Source: a bacterium (GTDB taxonomy: Bacteria; Myxococcota_A; Bradymonadia; REDH01). From it: a stretch of 64,000 bases of DNA. Positions 1 to 10,846 of the stretch are shown here, piece by piece. Position 1 is the first letter of the stretch, and every line of letters begins with the position of its first letter. Under the pieces are notes generated by a model, which saw only the letters and a list, made by a program, of their open reading frames with translations, searched no databases and was not told the origin of the DNA. The stretch covers positions 417 through 64,416 of the forward strand of contig JAUICO010000007.1 in the NCBI GenBank assembly GCA_030427825.1. Direction: 5' to 3'. A program made the translations under genes and the position numbers.

Positions 1-2
1 CA

Positions 3-1433
3 GGCTGTGGCGCCGCAGGCAGCCCCGGCGTTGCGCGTGATATCGCGAGCGCCGGCGTGTTCGTAGATCCCATCTTTGGAGACGACGGAAACAGCGGAAG
101 TGGCCTGGCGCCACTGGCCACGATTGAGGCCGCGTTTTCATCGCTGGGCGGCATCGTAAGTGAGGTGGTGCTGGCGCCCGGCGACTACCCCGGTCCGATC
201 AGCGTGCCTACAGGTGCTGCCGTGCTCGGCGGACGCTGCACCGCAGGGGCGTGCGAAGACCTGCGGGCACAACAGGCTAGAATTATCGGCGGGTCGCCGG
301 CTGTGCAGTTCGAAGGCAGTCACGCGCCGACGACATTGTCGCGCCTTACCGTCAGCGCGGATGACGCCCGAGTCGGTACGCTGGACTCTGTCGCAATTCT
401 GCTGGCCGGGCGCGACGCTGACCTCACGCTCCATGACGTGCGCGCGGCCTCGGGGGCGGCGCGCAGCGGGATCAACGGGGCTCCCGGCCTGGATGCAGGG
501 CCGGACGGTGTGGGCGGTGACGGTGGGATCGCCGCCGGCGGTGGCACCGGTCCTGCCAGTGGTCTGCCAGGTGCGACCGGGGTTTCGTCGTGCGGAGCCT
601 TCGGCGGCCACGGTGGTTACGGAGGCTTTGACGATGACGGGATGCCGGGTGCGTACGGAGCCTTCGGTTCGCCCGGCGGGGAGGGTGGTATCAGCCCTGA
701 CGACGAGTGCGGCATGTGCATCAGCAACATCGACCCCGAAGGGAACGGGCTCGACGGCGCCAACGGCTTCGCCGGGGTGGATGGCGACAAGGGCGGCGGC
801 GGCGCTCACGGCTGGTTCGATCGACACAACCGATGTTGGGTTTCGATCCCGGGCATGCGGGGCGCTGACGGCGCCCCCGGCGGTGGCGGTGGCGGTGGCG
901 GTGGCGGCGCTGGTAGCGGCGCGCCGTCGTTCGCACGCGATGCCCTGGAATGCTGCACGCAATACGCCGGTGGTGGCGGCGGCGGCGGCGGCGCTGCCGG
1001 TTGCGGCGGACAGGGTGGCGGTGGCGGTGGCGGCGGCGGCGCGTCCTTCGCGCTTGTCGCGCTCGACGGACACGTTCAGGTGATTGGCGGATCATACATC
1101 GCAGGTGTTGGTGGAGACGGCGGCGCAGGTGCCGCCGGCGGTGTTGGCGCGATCGGCGGCTACGGCAGCGAAGGCGGACCGGCACCCGGCCCGGCGGGAA
1201 TCGGCGGTCGGGGTGGTGATGGTGGCGACGGCGGTACCGGTGGCTGCGGCGGTGGTGGCGCGGGTGGGCCGGCGTTTCCCGTCGCTGTCGGTCCCGGTGT
1301 CCTGGTTGAGTTTGTGGATGAGCCGGTCCTGGTTCCGGGCACCGGCGGTCACGGCGGACGGGGTGGCTGTCCGCCGCTCAATGATGGAAGCGATGGTGGC
1401 ACAGGCGAGCGGCTGCTGCTTGAAATTCGCTGA
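3..1433 (+). CDS. Gly-rich PE-PGRS-like secreted protein (5'-partial)
   Basis: Frame is open from nt 3. 'FVD..GDD.NSG...PLATI' motif, then long GGxGG runs with scattered Cys, as in myxobacterial PGRS-like proteins. Confidence 0.7.
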   Translation, partial: GCGAAGSPGVARDIASAGVFVDPIFGDDGNSGSGLAPLATIEAAFSSLGGIVSEVVLAPGDYPGPISVPTGAAVLGGRCTAGACEDLRAQQARIIGGSPAVQFEGSHAPTTLSRLTVSADDARVGTLDSVAILLAGRDADLTLHDVRAASGAARSGINGAPGLDAGPDGVGGDGGIAAGGGTGPASGLPGATGVSSCGAFGGHGGYGGFDDDGMPGAYGAFGSPGGEGGISPDDECGMCISNIDPEGNGLDGANGFAGVDGDKGGGGAHGWFDRHNRCWVSIPGMRGADGAPGGGGGGGGGGAGSGAPSFARDALECCTQYAGGGGGGGGAAGCGGQGGGGGGGGGASFALVALDGHVQVIGGSYIAGVGGDGGAGAAGGVGAIGGYGSEGGPAPGPAGIGGRGGDGGDGGTGGCGGGGAGGPAFPVAVGPGVLVEFVDEPVLVPGTGGHGGRGGCPPLNDGSDGGTGERLLLEIR

Positions 1434-1497
1434 GCAGCCCGCTTGAAGAGCCGAGCTCGGCGCAGGGCGTCGTTCTGGTGCTACCCGGGGGTCAGTT

Positions 1498-3681
1498 GTG
1501 AATCGGATTCGGTTGAGCGCGATACTGGCGCTCGCGTCGTCGGCGCTCTTCGCCGCCTGCGTGTGTGCGAACAGAGTGGCGGATACGGCGTCGGACAACA
1601 GCTTCGTGACGCGCACCGGGCCGGGTCTTGAGGTCGACCGCGGCAGCGAGAGCATCGAATCGGCGCCGGATGCCGGCTCTGCATCCGGTACCATCGCATT
1701 CCGCGGCCGCGAGATTGACCTGGCGCCGCACATTCGTGGGTTTCCCTACCGTAGCCTTCACGTCGACGGCGAAGGTGGCAGGCTCTTCTATATTGAGAAG
1801 ACGGACGGCGGAGACATACTGAAGGTGCTTCCCCTGGCCGGCGACGTTGACCTGGCTGCGGGCCGGCAGCTCAACGATGTGGACTGGTCGACGCGCAATC
1901 TCTGGCACTACTGGTCGCATGTTGACGAAGCGTCAGGCCGCCTCTTCGCGATGGCGGACGAAGCGAACGAAGAGCGGATGAATGTGTACGCGATCTCGAT
2001 GTCGGACGGTTCTGTCGAACAGATCACCGACAACGACTACACCTATGGATTCAGCTTTTCGCCGGACGGCGGCCGCCTTGCGTACATCGCCCGCCGTGGA
2101 GTCACAGAGCCCTTCAACTCCTGTTTGATGCTGCGGGATCTACGTAGCGGCGACGAGCGCGAAGTGTGGTGCGATGGAGGCGGTGCAGATCGCTTTACCT
2201 GGTCGGACATTCACTTTCAGTATGAGCACTCCGATGACGCCGCGCACGACAATGTGGGGCTGACGCATGCTCTGTTGACGGTGCAGCACGACGGCGATCG
2301 CAACAAAGAGAACATCGCAAGAATCGACCTGCGCAGCGGCGAGCTCGAACTGCTGCTCGAACGCGGCGTCGACACATACAAGCTGTGGATTGCCGAGAAC
2401 GGAGTATTTGGCGATGCGGTGCACTTCGTGTCAGCGGCAGGCGGCGTCGATGCCGTGTATCGGTACAATGTCGCCGACGGCAGCGTTGTGGCTCTTGCGG
2501 AGTTTGAGCATCCCATCGACCACGCCGAGCTGGCTGTCATACCGCGGGGTCCGGCCGGGTCCGGTCAATCTACCGGGACGGAGCCTGCGCTTGTAGTGAT
2601 GACACAGGACAATCGGCGATCGGTGCTCAGCGTGCACGACGGACTGACGGGCGCAGAGCTGGAGAAAGCGACGATAGAGGCGATGGCCGGCGTGGCGGCG
2701 ATCAGCGGGGGAAGCATCTGGACCCGGGCGTCCAGCGCCCGGACGCCCTTCGAGATGTACCGTATCGATACGATGCTGCGTCGCAACGCAAACGGCAGCG
2801 TGGACTCCTTTGAGATGGACGATCGCCTTGTGGTGACGGTTCCAGATGAAGTCCTGGCTCGCATACAGCAATGCGAGGTCAGTGAGATGAGCTATCGCAG
2901 CTTCGACGGACGCGAGATCACCGGGCTCTACTACGCACCGAAGTCACCCCTTGAGGGCGCGGATCGTCGCGTCCGAATCACGGCCTTCTACGGAGGCGCC
3001 AATCATTGGAGCAACAGCTCGCAGATCATGTGCGAGGCCGGGATCGCGACACTGAGTCCCGCGCCTCGAGGCAGCAGCGGATTCGGGGCAGAGTTCAGCG
3101 CCCTCAATGACGGAGATCTGGGCGGAGACGAGATCATCGACCTTTTCTACGCGGCCCGATGGTTGGAGCAGGAGCAGGGCTTTTCGCCCGAACAGATCGG
3201 CGTCTACGGCGGGAGCCACGGCGGATACGCGACGATGCGCGCGCTGACCTTTCCGCCGGACACGAATGGTCGGGGCGAGGGCTACGACTTCGGCTTCGGG
3301 ATCAGCCACGCCGGGTTTTCGGACATCATCAGCTTCTACGAAGAGTGCAACATCCCGGACTGGGTTATCCTGGAGGCCGGCGACCCGGCAGACGAGGCAG
3401 AGAAGCTGCGCGATCGATCGCCGATCAGCCACGTCGAGCGGCTGCGCGCCCCGATTCTGCTGACGCACGGCGAAAACGATAGCCGGGTGCCGGTCGAAGA
3501 GAGCCGACGATTCGCGCGACGCGCTCGCGAGCTGGATCGTCCGGTGACCTACGTTGAGTTCGCCGGCCAGGGCCACGGCATCTCCGGCCTGGACAACGCC
3601 GAACGCTACTACCGGGCCGTGCTGGACTTCATGTCTGAGGTCATCGACAGCGCCGGTCAGGGAGCGTCACCGCCGCGGTGA
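1498..3681 (+). CDS. S9 family (prolyl oligopeptidase/acylaminoacyl) peptidase, exported
   Basis: N-terminal signal/lipobox-like LFAAC; propeller-like repeats (FSPDG); nucleophile GGSHGG; HGENDSRV Asp; GQGHG His. Confidence 0.88.
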   Translation: MNRIRLSAILALASSALFAACVCANRVADTASDNSFVTRTGPGLEVDRGSESIESAPDAGSASGTIAFRGREIDLAPHIRGFPYRSLHVDGEGGRLFYIEKTDGGDILKVLPLAGDVDLAAGRQLNDVDWSTRNLWHYWSHVDEASGRLFAMADEANEERMNVYAISMSDGSVEQITDNDYTYGFSFSPDGGRLAYIARRGVTEPFNSCLMLRDLRSGDEREVWCDGGGADRFTWSDIHFQYEHSDDAAHDNVGLTHALLTVQHDGDRNKENIARIDLRSGELELLLERGVDTYKLWIAENGVFGDAVHFVSAAGGVDAVYRYNVADGSVVALAEFEHPIDHAELAVIPRGPAGSGQSTGTEPALVVMTQDNRRSVLSVHDGLTGAELEKATIEAMAGVAAISGGSIWTRASSARTPFEMYRIDTMLRRNANGSVDSFEMDDRLVVTVPDEVLARIQQCEVSEMSYRSFDGREITGLYYAPKSPLEGADRRVRITAFYGGANHWSNSSQIMCEAGIATLSPAPRGSSGFGAEFSALNDGDLGGDEIIDLFYAARWLEQEQGFSPEQIGVYGGSHGGYATMRALTFPPDTNGRGEGYDFGFGISHAGFSDIISFYEECNIPDWVILEAGDPADEAEKLRDRSPISHVERLRAPILLTHGENDSRVPVEESRRFARRARELDRPVTYVEFAGQGHGISGLDNAERYYRAVLDFMSEVIDSAGQGASPPR

Positions 3682-3709
3682 GCTGCCTGGCGCGCGCGGA
3701 CAACCGCGC

Positions 3710-4624
3710 TCAGAGAAAGAGCAGCGCGGTCACACCGAAGTAACGGTCGTCGGCGGTATCGAGCAGCTGCCGGAAGGCCATGTCCAGGCCGAATGAGTCG
3801 CTGCGATAGCCGAATCCGACGGACATGCGGCTCTCCGTGTTGAAGGAGTCCCAGGTATAGCCTGCGCGAAAGGTTACGGACTGAAACATGAACTCCGCGC
3901 CGAGTCCGAGGGTGTGCTCGACGTCCGGGTGTGAGTCGACGTCGATATTCCAGACGGTCTCCAGGTGCAGGCTCGACAGGTAGAGGCCGAGCCCCATGGC
4001 GACTTCTCGGCCCTCCTGCGTGCGGCGAACGTGTACGATGTTGCGGGTGGTGATTCCGACCGCGAGGTTCTCAGAGAGGCGTCCCTGGATGCCGAGGTCA
4101 AAGGTGAAGCCCTTCGTGCGGTTCGGCTCATCCTCAGCGTTGCGTCCGTCTGTGTGGTGCAGGTAGCGCAGGGTGGTGCCGACCGTGAGCTTGTCCGCCA
4201 TCAGAGGGATCGCGGTGGAAAGCCGGATGTCGTGGTCGCGGCGGTCGTCGGAGCGCCCGTCTTCTTCGCCTCTGGAGAAGCTGTAGGAGTAGGCGAAGCC
4301 CGCCGCGATGGAGCTGTTTGTCAACGAATCGGCGATCGAGGCGCTGACCCGGCTGACCTTGTCCTGGAGGCCGATATCGTAGCCTGCCTCAATCGAGTAG
4401 AGGGGGACGGAAGCGAGCCCGGCGGGGTTCAGGAAGATCGCGCCGTTGGCGGTGGCTCCGCCGACGAAGACGCTGCCCATGCCGGCGGCGCGCATGCTGC
4501 CGATGCCGTCGTTGGCTGACGCTGTCGATGCCCCGAGAGAGGCGGCCGCTATGATGAGCACAGCGAGCACTGTAGCGGGTTTTCGCCTCGCAACCGGCGG
4601 AGCATTGGGCGTCGTTGTCGGCAT
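3710..4624 (-). CDS. Outer-membrane beta-barrel protein (PorV/FadL-like)
   Basis: Signal peptide ending ASA; RAAGMG and AIFLNPAGL motifs; alternating amphipathic strands; hydrophobic C-terminus. Start uncertain. Confidence 0.65.
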   Translation of the reverse strand: MPTTTPNAPPVARRKPATVLAVLIIAAASLGASTASANDGIGSMRAAGMGSVFVGGATANGAIFLNPAGLASVPLYSIEAGYDIGLQDKVSRVSASIADSLTNSSIAAGFAYSYSFSRGEEDGRSDDRRDHDIRLSTAIPLMADKLTVGTTLRYLHHTDGRNAEDEPNRTKGFTFDLGIQGRLSENLAVGITTRNIVHVRRTQEGREVAMGLGLYLSSLHLETVWNIDVDSHPDVEHTLGLGAEFMFQSVTFRAGYTWDSFNTESRMSVGFGYRSDSFGLDMAFRQLLDTADDRYFGVTALLFL

Positions 4625-4936
4625 GGTGGCCGGGTCCTGGAGGCGGGCGCAGTATCGAATCATCGGGATCGTTTTGCTGCTCGGAGGGCTGTTGTGCACA
4701 GTTTTGGCGGCAATGCCAGGTGAAGCCGGTCCGCGTGGCGATTATCGTCGTCGAAGTGGGCATTGCCGTCGACCCTGCCGGCGCTCTCAGAACCGGGACT
4801 CGCACGTTGACATTCCCGACGTGGTCCACCTAGTGTGCGGCGCGATTAAAGCCGCCTGATTCTGGCGCCGCTTCGGTTGCGATAAGACCGATGACGCCGA
4901 GCAGATCGACCGCATCGTAGTAGTGAGCAGGGTTGC

Positions 4937-7651
4937 ATGGCAGACAACGAGAATTCGCCCTCGATAGTGCCGGTTCGTATCGAAGACGAGATGCGTTCAT
5001 CGTATATGGACTACGCGATGAGTGTCATCGTCGGGCGCGCGCTTCCGGACGTCCGAGATGGGCTGAAGCCGGTGCATCGTCGCATCCTCTACGCGATGTA
5101 CGAACAGGGCAATTCGTACAATCGGGCGTACAAGAAATCTGCCCGTATCGTCGGCGACGTCATCGGCAAGTATCACCCGCATGGTGACTCGGCGGTATAT
5201 GACGCGCTGGTCCGCATGGCGCAGGACTTCTCAATGCGCATGCCGCTGGTCGACGGCCAGGGCAACTTCGGCTCGGTCGACGGCGATCCGGCGGCCGCGA
5301 TGCGTTACACCGAGGTACGCATGACGCGCGCCTGCGGTGATATTCTCGCAGATATTGAGAAAGAGACGGTCGACTTCGGGCCGAACTACGATGGCTCCGA
5401 GTCGGAGCCGCTGGTGATGCCGACGCGTATCCCAAACCTGCTGATCAACGGTTCCGAGGGCATCGCGGTCGGTATGGCGACACGCATTCCCCCGCACAAT
5501 CTCGGCGAGATTGTGGCGGCGACCATCGCGCTGATCGACAACCCCGCCATCACTCTCGACGAGTTGATGCAGATCGTGCCCGCGCCCGACTTCCCGACGC
5601 GCGGCTACCTCTACGGTCTCGACGGGATTCGCGAGGCCTATGAATCCGGCCGCGGTCGCCTGCGAATTCGCGCGCGCACCGAAATCGAACACAACGAGAA
5701 GAACGGTAAGGACACGATCGTTGTCACCGAGCTTCCCTACCAGGTGAACAAAGCGCGTCTTCTCGAGAAGATCGCCTACCTTGTGCGCGACAAGGCCATC
5801 GACGGCATCACTGACCTTCGCGATGAGTCGGACCGAACCGGCATGCGGATGGTGATCGAGCTTCGACGTGACGCCATGTCGCAGATCGTGCTGAATCACC
5901 TCTTTAAGAAGACCTCGATGGAGGTGACCTTCGGCATCAATATGCTCGCGATTGTGAGCGGCCAGCCCCGGGTACTTGGGCTGAAAGATGTGTTGAGCTA
6001 CTTCGTCGACTTCAGGCGTGACGTCGTCACCCGGCGCTGCATGTTCGAGCTGCGCAAGGCACAGGAGCGGCTTCACATCCTTGTGGCGCTGAAGAAAGCG
6101 CTCGACATGATCGACGAGGTCGTTCGCACGATCCGCGCGAGCAAGGACGCAGCTGAAGCCCGCGTCGGCCTGATGGATCTCCTTGAGATTGACGAGGTGC
6201 AGTCCTCGGCGATTCTCGACATGCGCCTGCACCGACTGACGAACCTCGAGATCAACAAGCTCGTCGAAGAGATTGACGAGATTGAGAGCCGTATCGCCCG
6301 GCTGCAGGAGATTCTCAACAATGAGAGCGAGCTGCTCGGCGTGATTCGCGGCGAGCTCCAGGAGATCTACGACGCCTACGCAGAGCCGCGACGCACCGAG
6401 ATTATTCATGCGTCGGGCAACCTGACCATCGAGGACCTGATCGCCGACGAAGACGAGGTCGTTACGATCAGCCACACCGGCTACATCAAGCGCACGCAGA
6501 TCGACGAGTATCGAACCCAGCGCCGCGGCGGCAAAGGCCTTAAGGGCATGGCCACGAAAGAAGAAGACGTGGTTGAAGACGTTTGGGTTACGAACACACA
6601 CGCCGCGCTGCTCGTGTTTACCAGCGCAGGCAAAGTGTACCGACTCAAGGTTCACGAGCTGCCTTCAGGCAGTCGGAGCGCCAGAGGCAAGCCGATCGTC
6701 AACCTGATCCCGGTGGCGGGTGACGAAAAGGTGCAGGCCATCGTGCCCTTCGAGGGCTTTGACGACGACGAGCGATTCATCCTGACCGCGACCCGCATGG
6801 GCACAGTCAAGAAGACCGCGCTGTCCCTGTTCAAGAACATCCATGCCGGAGGCATTATTGGCGTGAATCTCGTCGACGGAGACGAGCTGATCAACGCACG
6901 TCTGTGTGGTCCCGGCGACCACGTCGCCCTTGTGACTTCGATGGGCCAGTCGATTCGCTTTGATCAGGCCAATGTGCGCTCCATGGGCCGCAACACTACC
7001 GGTGTGCGCGGCATCAAGATGCGCGACGGCGACTTCGTGGTCTCGATGGCCATCATGACAGCGGAAGAGATCGCCAGGGCTGAGGCCGTGGACGGTGCTC
7101 CGCCGGTGGATGAAGGCGACGAAGAGGTCGTCGAGGTCGAGAGCGTTGAAGAAGCGGTCGACGGCGCTGAGGGAGACGGCGAGGGCGCCGCAGAGGGCGA
7201 GACAGCGACGAAGCTCCGTCACGTGGCTCACGCCGAGACGGTGCTGACGATCACCGAGAACGGCTACGGCAAGCGAACGCGCTTTTCTGAGTACCGCGTA
7301 CAGAATCGCGGCGGTCTCGGTATCATCACCATCAAGACGACGGACCGAAACGGCAACGTCGTGGCGAGTCGTCTTGTGAATGATGAAGACGAGCTGCTGA
7401 TGATCACCAACACCGGCAAGATCATCCGCACGCGGGCGTCGGATATCTCGATCCTCGGGCGCAACACTCAGGGCGTGCGCTTGATGCGACTGGATGACGG
7501 AGAGACCATCGTAGGCGTGGCTCGTTTCGCCGAACGCGAAGACGCAGAAGACAGCGCCGACGACGGCGAAGAGGGCAGCGACGATGTGAGCGTCGACGCA
7601 GGTGAAGAGGGCGCCGTTGACGAAGGCGGTGCGGAAGAAGGCGACGCCTGA
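4937..7651 (+). CDS. gyrA: DNA gyrase subunit A
   Basis: [22 protein letters not shown], catalytic AAAMRYTE, GyrA-box QRRGGKG, C-terminal pinwheel repeats, acidic tail. Confidence 0.98.
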   Translation: MADNENSPSIVPVRIEDEMRSSYMDYAMSVIVGRALPDVRDGLKPVHRRILYAMYEQGNSYNRAYKKSARIVGDVIGKYHPHGDSAVYDALVRMAQDFSMRMPLVDGQGNFGSVDGDPAAAMRYTEVRMTRACGDILADIEKETVDFGPNYDGSESEPLVMPTRIPNLLINGSEGIAVGMATRIPPHNLGEIVAATIALIDNPAITLDELMQIVPAPDFPTRGYLYGLDGIREAYESGRGRLRIRARTEIEHNEKNGKDTIVVTELPYQVNKARLLEKIAYLVRDKAIDGITDLRDESDRTGMRMVIELRRDAMSQIVLNHLFKKTSMEVTFGINMLAIVSGQPRVLGLKDVLSYFVDFRRDVVTRRCMFELRKAQERLHILVALKKALDMIDEVVRTIRASKDAAEARVGLMDLLEIDEVQSSAILDMRLHRLTNLEINKLVEEIDEIESRIARLQEILNNESELLGVIRGELQEIYDAYAEPRRTEIIHASGNLTIEDLIADEDEVVTISHTGYIKRTQIDEYRTQRRGGKGLKGMATKEEDVVEDVWVTNTHAALLVFTSAGKVYRLKVHELPSGSRSARGKPIVNLIPVAGDEKVQAIVPFEGFDDDERFILTATRMGTVKKTALSLFKNIHAGGIIGVNLVDGDELINARLCGPGDHVALVTSMGQSIRFDQANVRSMGRNTTGVRGIKMRDGDFVVSMAIMTAEEIARAEAVDGAPPVDEGDEEVVEVESVEEAVDGAEGDGEGAAEGETATKLRHVAHAETVLTITENGYGKRTRFSEYRVQNRGGLGIITIKTTDRNGNVVASRLVNDEDELLMITNTGKIIRTRASDISILGRNTQGVRLMRLDDGETIVGVARFAEREDAEDSADDGEEGSDDVSVDAGEEGAVDEGGAEEGDA

Positions 7652-7657
7652 GCGAGA

Positions 7658-7693
7658 CCTCACCCGCGGCCCTCTCCATGAATGGAGAGGGGG
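7658..7693. repeat. REP-like palindrome CCTCACCC-CCCTCTCCA-tgaa-TGGAGAGGG
   Basis: Perfect 9-bp stem at 7670-7691 just after the gyrA stop, preceded by CCTCACCC. Confidence 0.55.
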
Positions 7694-7767
7694 ACGTTGG
7701 ACTTTCCGAGGACGTTGGGCGTCGCTTTGTCTTGCAAACACACGATCGACTTCCAATCTTTCTCACA

Positions 7768-7841
7768 GGAAAGCGAAGCTTTCCGCCGGGAGTCCAGAGG
7801 GCGATAGCCCTTTGGCAGAAGCGCGAGGACGGAGTCCTCGC
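7768..7841 (+). repeat. Three consecutive short hairpins upstream of hemL (REP-like element or structured leader)
   Basis: GGAAAGC-gaa-GCTTTCC; CCAGAGGGC-gata-GCCCTTTGG; GCGAGGAC-gga-GTCCTCGC. Confidence 0.55.
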
Positions 7842-7862
7842 ATCACCGCAGGAGCGTGACGT

Positions 7863-9167
7863 ATGAACCGAAGTGAATCGTTGTTTGCTCGGGCGCAGGA
7901 GTTGATGCCGGGTGGCGTGAACAGCCCTGTGCGCGCCTTTCGCGGCGTGGGCGGCACGCCGGTGTTTGTGGAGCGCGCTGCGGGGCCGCATATCTTCGAC
8001 GCGGACGGCAAGCGGTACATTGACTACGTGCTGTCGTGGGGACCGATGATCCTGGGTCATGCGCATCCGGCGATCGTCGAGGCGGTGACGCGTGCGGCGC
8101 AGGACGGCACTTCGTTTGGGTGCCCGACTGCGAAGGAGAACGAGCTCGCTGAGCTGGTGATCGAGATGGTGCCGAGCATCGAGATGGTGCGGATGGTGAA
8201 CTCGGGCACAGAGGCGACGCTCTCTGCGATTCGACTCGCGCGCGGCGCGACGGGTCGGCCGAAGCTGCTGAAGTTTGAGGGCTGCTATCACGGACACGGC
8301 GACAGCCTCCTCGTGGCGGCCGGCAGCGGCGTGGCGACCCTGGGCATTCCGGGTACCCCCGGAGTGCTGCCTGAGGTGGCGCAGAATACGCTGACCGCGC
8401 CCTTCAATGACGTCGCAGCGTTGGAGCGCGTCTTTGAGGTCCACGGCGCAGACCTCGCGGCCGCGATTATCGAGCCGGTGGCCGGCAACATGGGCTGTGT
8501 GATGCCCCGCGCGGGGTATCTGGAGCGATTGCGGGAGCTGTGTACAAAGCATGGCGCCGTGTTGATTTTCGACGAGGTAATGACAGGCTTTCGAGTGGCG
8601 GCGGGCGGCGCGCAGGCGCGCTTCGGGATCACGCCGGATTTGACGACACTGGGTAAGGTGATTGGCGGTGGGCTTCCGGTAGGCGCGTACGGCGGCAGGC
8701 GTGATCTGATGGAACACATCGCGCCTGCCGGGCCGGTGTACCAGGCAGGTACGCTCAGCGGGAACCCATTGGCGATGTCCGCCGGCCTGGCTGCGCTGCG
8801 CATCCTGCACGGCACGGACGGGCTCTACGAAGACCTGGACGCGCGAACCCGACGGCTCTTCGACGGATTGCGTTCGGCGGCATCGTCGGAGGGTTTCGCG
8901 ACGACGGGTCATCACATCGGTGCGATGTTCGGGATCTTTTTCGCAGAACACGAAGTGTGGTCCTACGACGACGCCAAACGGGCGGACGCGGCCATGTTCG
9001 GGCGATTCTTCCACGAGATGCTTCAGCGCGGCGTGTATCTCGCGCCCAGCGCCTTTGAGGCCGGCTTCATGTCGACGATGCACTCGGATGAGGTGCTGGA
9101 AAGCACGATCACCGCTGCAAGATCGGCCTTTGGCGCGCTGCGTCAATTTGTGGCCGAAAGCGGTTGA
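7863..9167 (+). CDS. hemL: Glutamate-1-semialdehyde 2,1-aminomutase
   Basis: [31 protein letters not shown] Lys in [18 protein letters not shown]. Confidence 0.97.
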   Translation: MNRSESLFARAQELMPGGVNSPVRAFRGVGGTPVFVERAAGPHIFDADGKRYIDYVLSWGPMILGHAHPAIVEAVTRAAQDGTSFGCPTAKENELAELVIEMVPSIEMVRMVNSGTEATLSAIRLARGATGRPKLLKFEGCYHGHGDSLLVAAGSGVATLGIPGTPGVLPEVAQNTLTAPFNDVAALERVFEVHGADLAAAIIEPVAGNMGCVMPRAGYLERLRELCTKHGAVLIFDEVMTGFRVAAGGAQARFGITPDLTTLGKVIGGGLPVGAYGGRRDLMEHIAPAGPVYQAGTLSGNPLAMSAGLAALRILHGTDGLYEDLDARTRRLFDGLRSAASSEGFATTGHHIGAMFGIFFAEHEVWSYDDAKRADAAMFGRFFHEMLQRGVYLAPSAFEAGFMSTMHSDEVLESTITAARSAFGALRQFVAESG

Positions 9168-9250
9168 CCACCCCCAGGGCGCTGTGTATTGCCGCGCGCG
9201 TCGGCCCCCTTCGGACTGCGAAGGGCTGCGCAAGCCTCGAGAATTACGCT

Positions 9251-9532
9251 GTGTCTTCGACCATCGGAACAAAGCCCGAACGACGCTCCACGGTTGAGAG
9301 ATCCGTAGAGTCCGATCGGCAGTTGCGGCGCAAGAAGCTGGATGCTCGGTGGAGCGCGATCGGAATCCAGATCGCCGTGTCGGTTGCGATCGGCTGCTTC
9401 GGTGGTGTGTGGCTCGACAATCGGCTGGACACGACCCCGCTGTTTGTCCTCGTCGGCATCGTGGTGGGTCTCGGAGCCGTGAGCTGGGACATCTACAAGC
9501 TGCTCAAGCTTACACAGAAGATGGAGGACTGA
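9251..9532 (+). CDS. AtpZ/AtpI family small membrane protein
   Basis: G.WLD..L.T.PLF..VG..G motif, two TM helices, first gene of the F0 cluster. Start uncertain. Confidence 0.8.
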   Translation: MSSTIGTKPERRSTVERSVESDRQLRRKKLDARWSAIGIQIAVSVAIGCFGGVWLDNRLDTTPLFVLVGIVVGLGAVSWDIYKLLKLTQKMED

Positions 9533-9924
9533 TGGATTCAGCCTTCATGAAGCGCATTGTCATCGCCTCAGGCCTGCTCGGCCTGCTGGTCGCGAGCGCA
9601 TTCCTGGCGACGTCGGGTGTAGCTGCGGCGCTCTCGGCGCTGGCCGGGATCGCCATCGGCGTGCTCAACTTCGCAGCGATTCGATACGTGGTGTCGAACG
9701 TGGTGCGCCCTGAGGCAACAGAGTCGGGTTCCGGCGCTGTCGCGGTTCTGTACGTAGTGAAGTTCATGGCGATCGCAGGTGCAGTATACCTGCTGGTCGC
9801 TGTTGTAGGGATCGACGCGATGGCATTCGCTGCCGGATTCGGCGCGGTGATCATCGCAATGACTGTCGTCGGCGCGACGATGGTCTCAACCATTAACAAT
9901 GACGACGTAACCGAAATCGGTTGA
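9532..9924 (+). CDS. atpI: ATP synthase subunit I
   Basis: Four hydrophobic helices; TGATG overlap with previous gene; GGAGG RBS; directly upstream of atpB. Confidence 0.75.
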   Translation: MDSAFMKRIVIASGLLGLLVASAFLATSGVAAALSALAGIAIGVLNFAAIRYVVSNVVRPEATESGSGAVAVLYVVKFMAIAGAVYLLVAVVGIDAMAFAAGFGAVIIAMTVVGATMVSTINNDDVTEIG

Positions 9925-9934
9925 GGAGATTGTC

Positions 9935-10735
9935 ATGATCAATCGCCTGTTGGCAGCTGACTTTACCTGGTTCAATTGGATCCCGGGCTACAACGAGTGG
10001 AGCTCGGATACCGCACAGTCGATGGGCAAGGGCGTCATCAGCGGTGAGCTTGGTTACTCGATGACGAACATCGTCCTCGCGGGCGTTGTACTTCTGATCA
10101 TCATGGGGCTGGTGGCGATGACACGCGCGAGCTGGTCGAAGTCGGACAACCCGGCGATTCCGCAGACAGGCTTCGGGCCGCGCAACTTCCTCGAAGTCGT
10201 GATGGACTACGTCCTCTCGCAGGCCGAGACGGTTCTCGGCAGTAAGCAGGCGGCGCAGCGATTTCTGCCCCTCGTAGGCGCGCTTGCCATCTACATCTTC
10301 GTATCGAACGTACTTGGGCTCGTACCCGGATTTCTTCCGCCGACGGACGCGTTGAACGTGACCATCGGGCCGGCCATCGTCGTCTTCTTTGTGACGCACT
10401 ACGTGGGTCTCAAAGAAAACGGCATGCACTACCTTGAGCACTTTCTCGGACCGAAGATCGGTGGCTTCTGGTGGCTCTTCCCGCTCTTCGTTCCCCTCGA
10501 GATCATCTCGCACGTCGCGCGTCCGGTTTCTCTCGCGCTTCGTCTCATGGGCAACATGATCGGCGACCACCAGGTGCTCGCGCTCTTCAGCTCGCTGATT
10601 CCCTTTTCGATTCTGATCCCACTTCCTTTCTACATGCTCGGCCTGATCGTCTGCTCTGTGCAGACTCTGGTCTTCTGCATGCTCACCCTCGTTTACTTCG
10701 CAGTAGCTCTTGAACATTCGGAAGAAGGCCATTAA
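9935..10735 (+). CDS. atpB: F0F1 ATP synthase subunit a
   Basis: NVLGLVPG, RPVSLALRLMGNM (essential Arg), VQTLVFCML. Confidence 0.96.
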   Translation: MINRLLAADFTWFNWIPGYNEWSSDTAQSMGKGVISGELGYSMTNIVLAGVVLLIIMGLVAMTRASWSKSDNPAIPQTGFGPRNFLEVVMDYVLSQAETVLGSKQAAQRFLPLVGALAIYIFVSNVLGLVPGFLPPTDALNVTIGPAIVVFFVTHYVGLKENGMHYLEHFLGPKIGGFWWLFPLFVPLEIISHVARPVSLALRLMGNMIGDHQVLALFSSLIPFSILIPLPFYMLGLIVCSVQTLVFCMLTLVYFAVALEHSEEGH

Positions 10736-10846
10736 CCCGCCGCCCAACAGGGCGATGGCGCAGTGCGTCAAAGACTGAATTCGTCGATTGTTACTATTTC
10801 ACGCAAGGCCAGGAACGGCCGTTCGCCAACCGGAGGAATCCGAACA

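Noticed and set aside
4937-7651. Intein or quinolone-resistance substitutions in GyrA
   Set aside because: AAAMRYTE is uninterrupted, the insertion lacks intein motifs, and the QRDR is wild-type (GDSAVYD).
7422-9272. 616-aa minus-strand ORF (and similar long antisense ORFs at 5231, 11743, 18696, 19868, 23450, 59932)
   Set aside because: Shadow ORFs opposite well-supported genes, expected in high-GC DNA, with no recognisable motifs.
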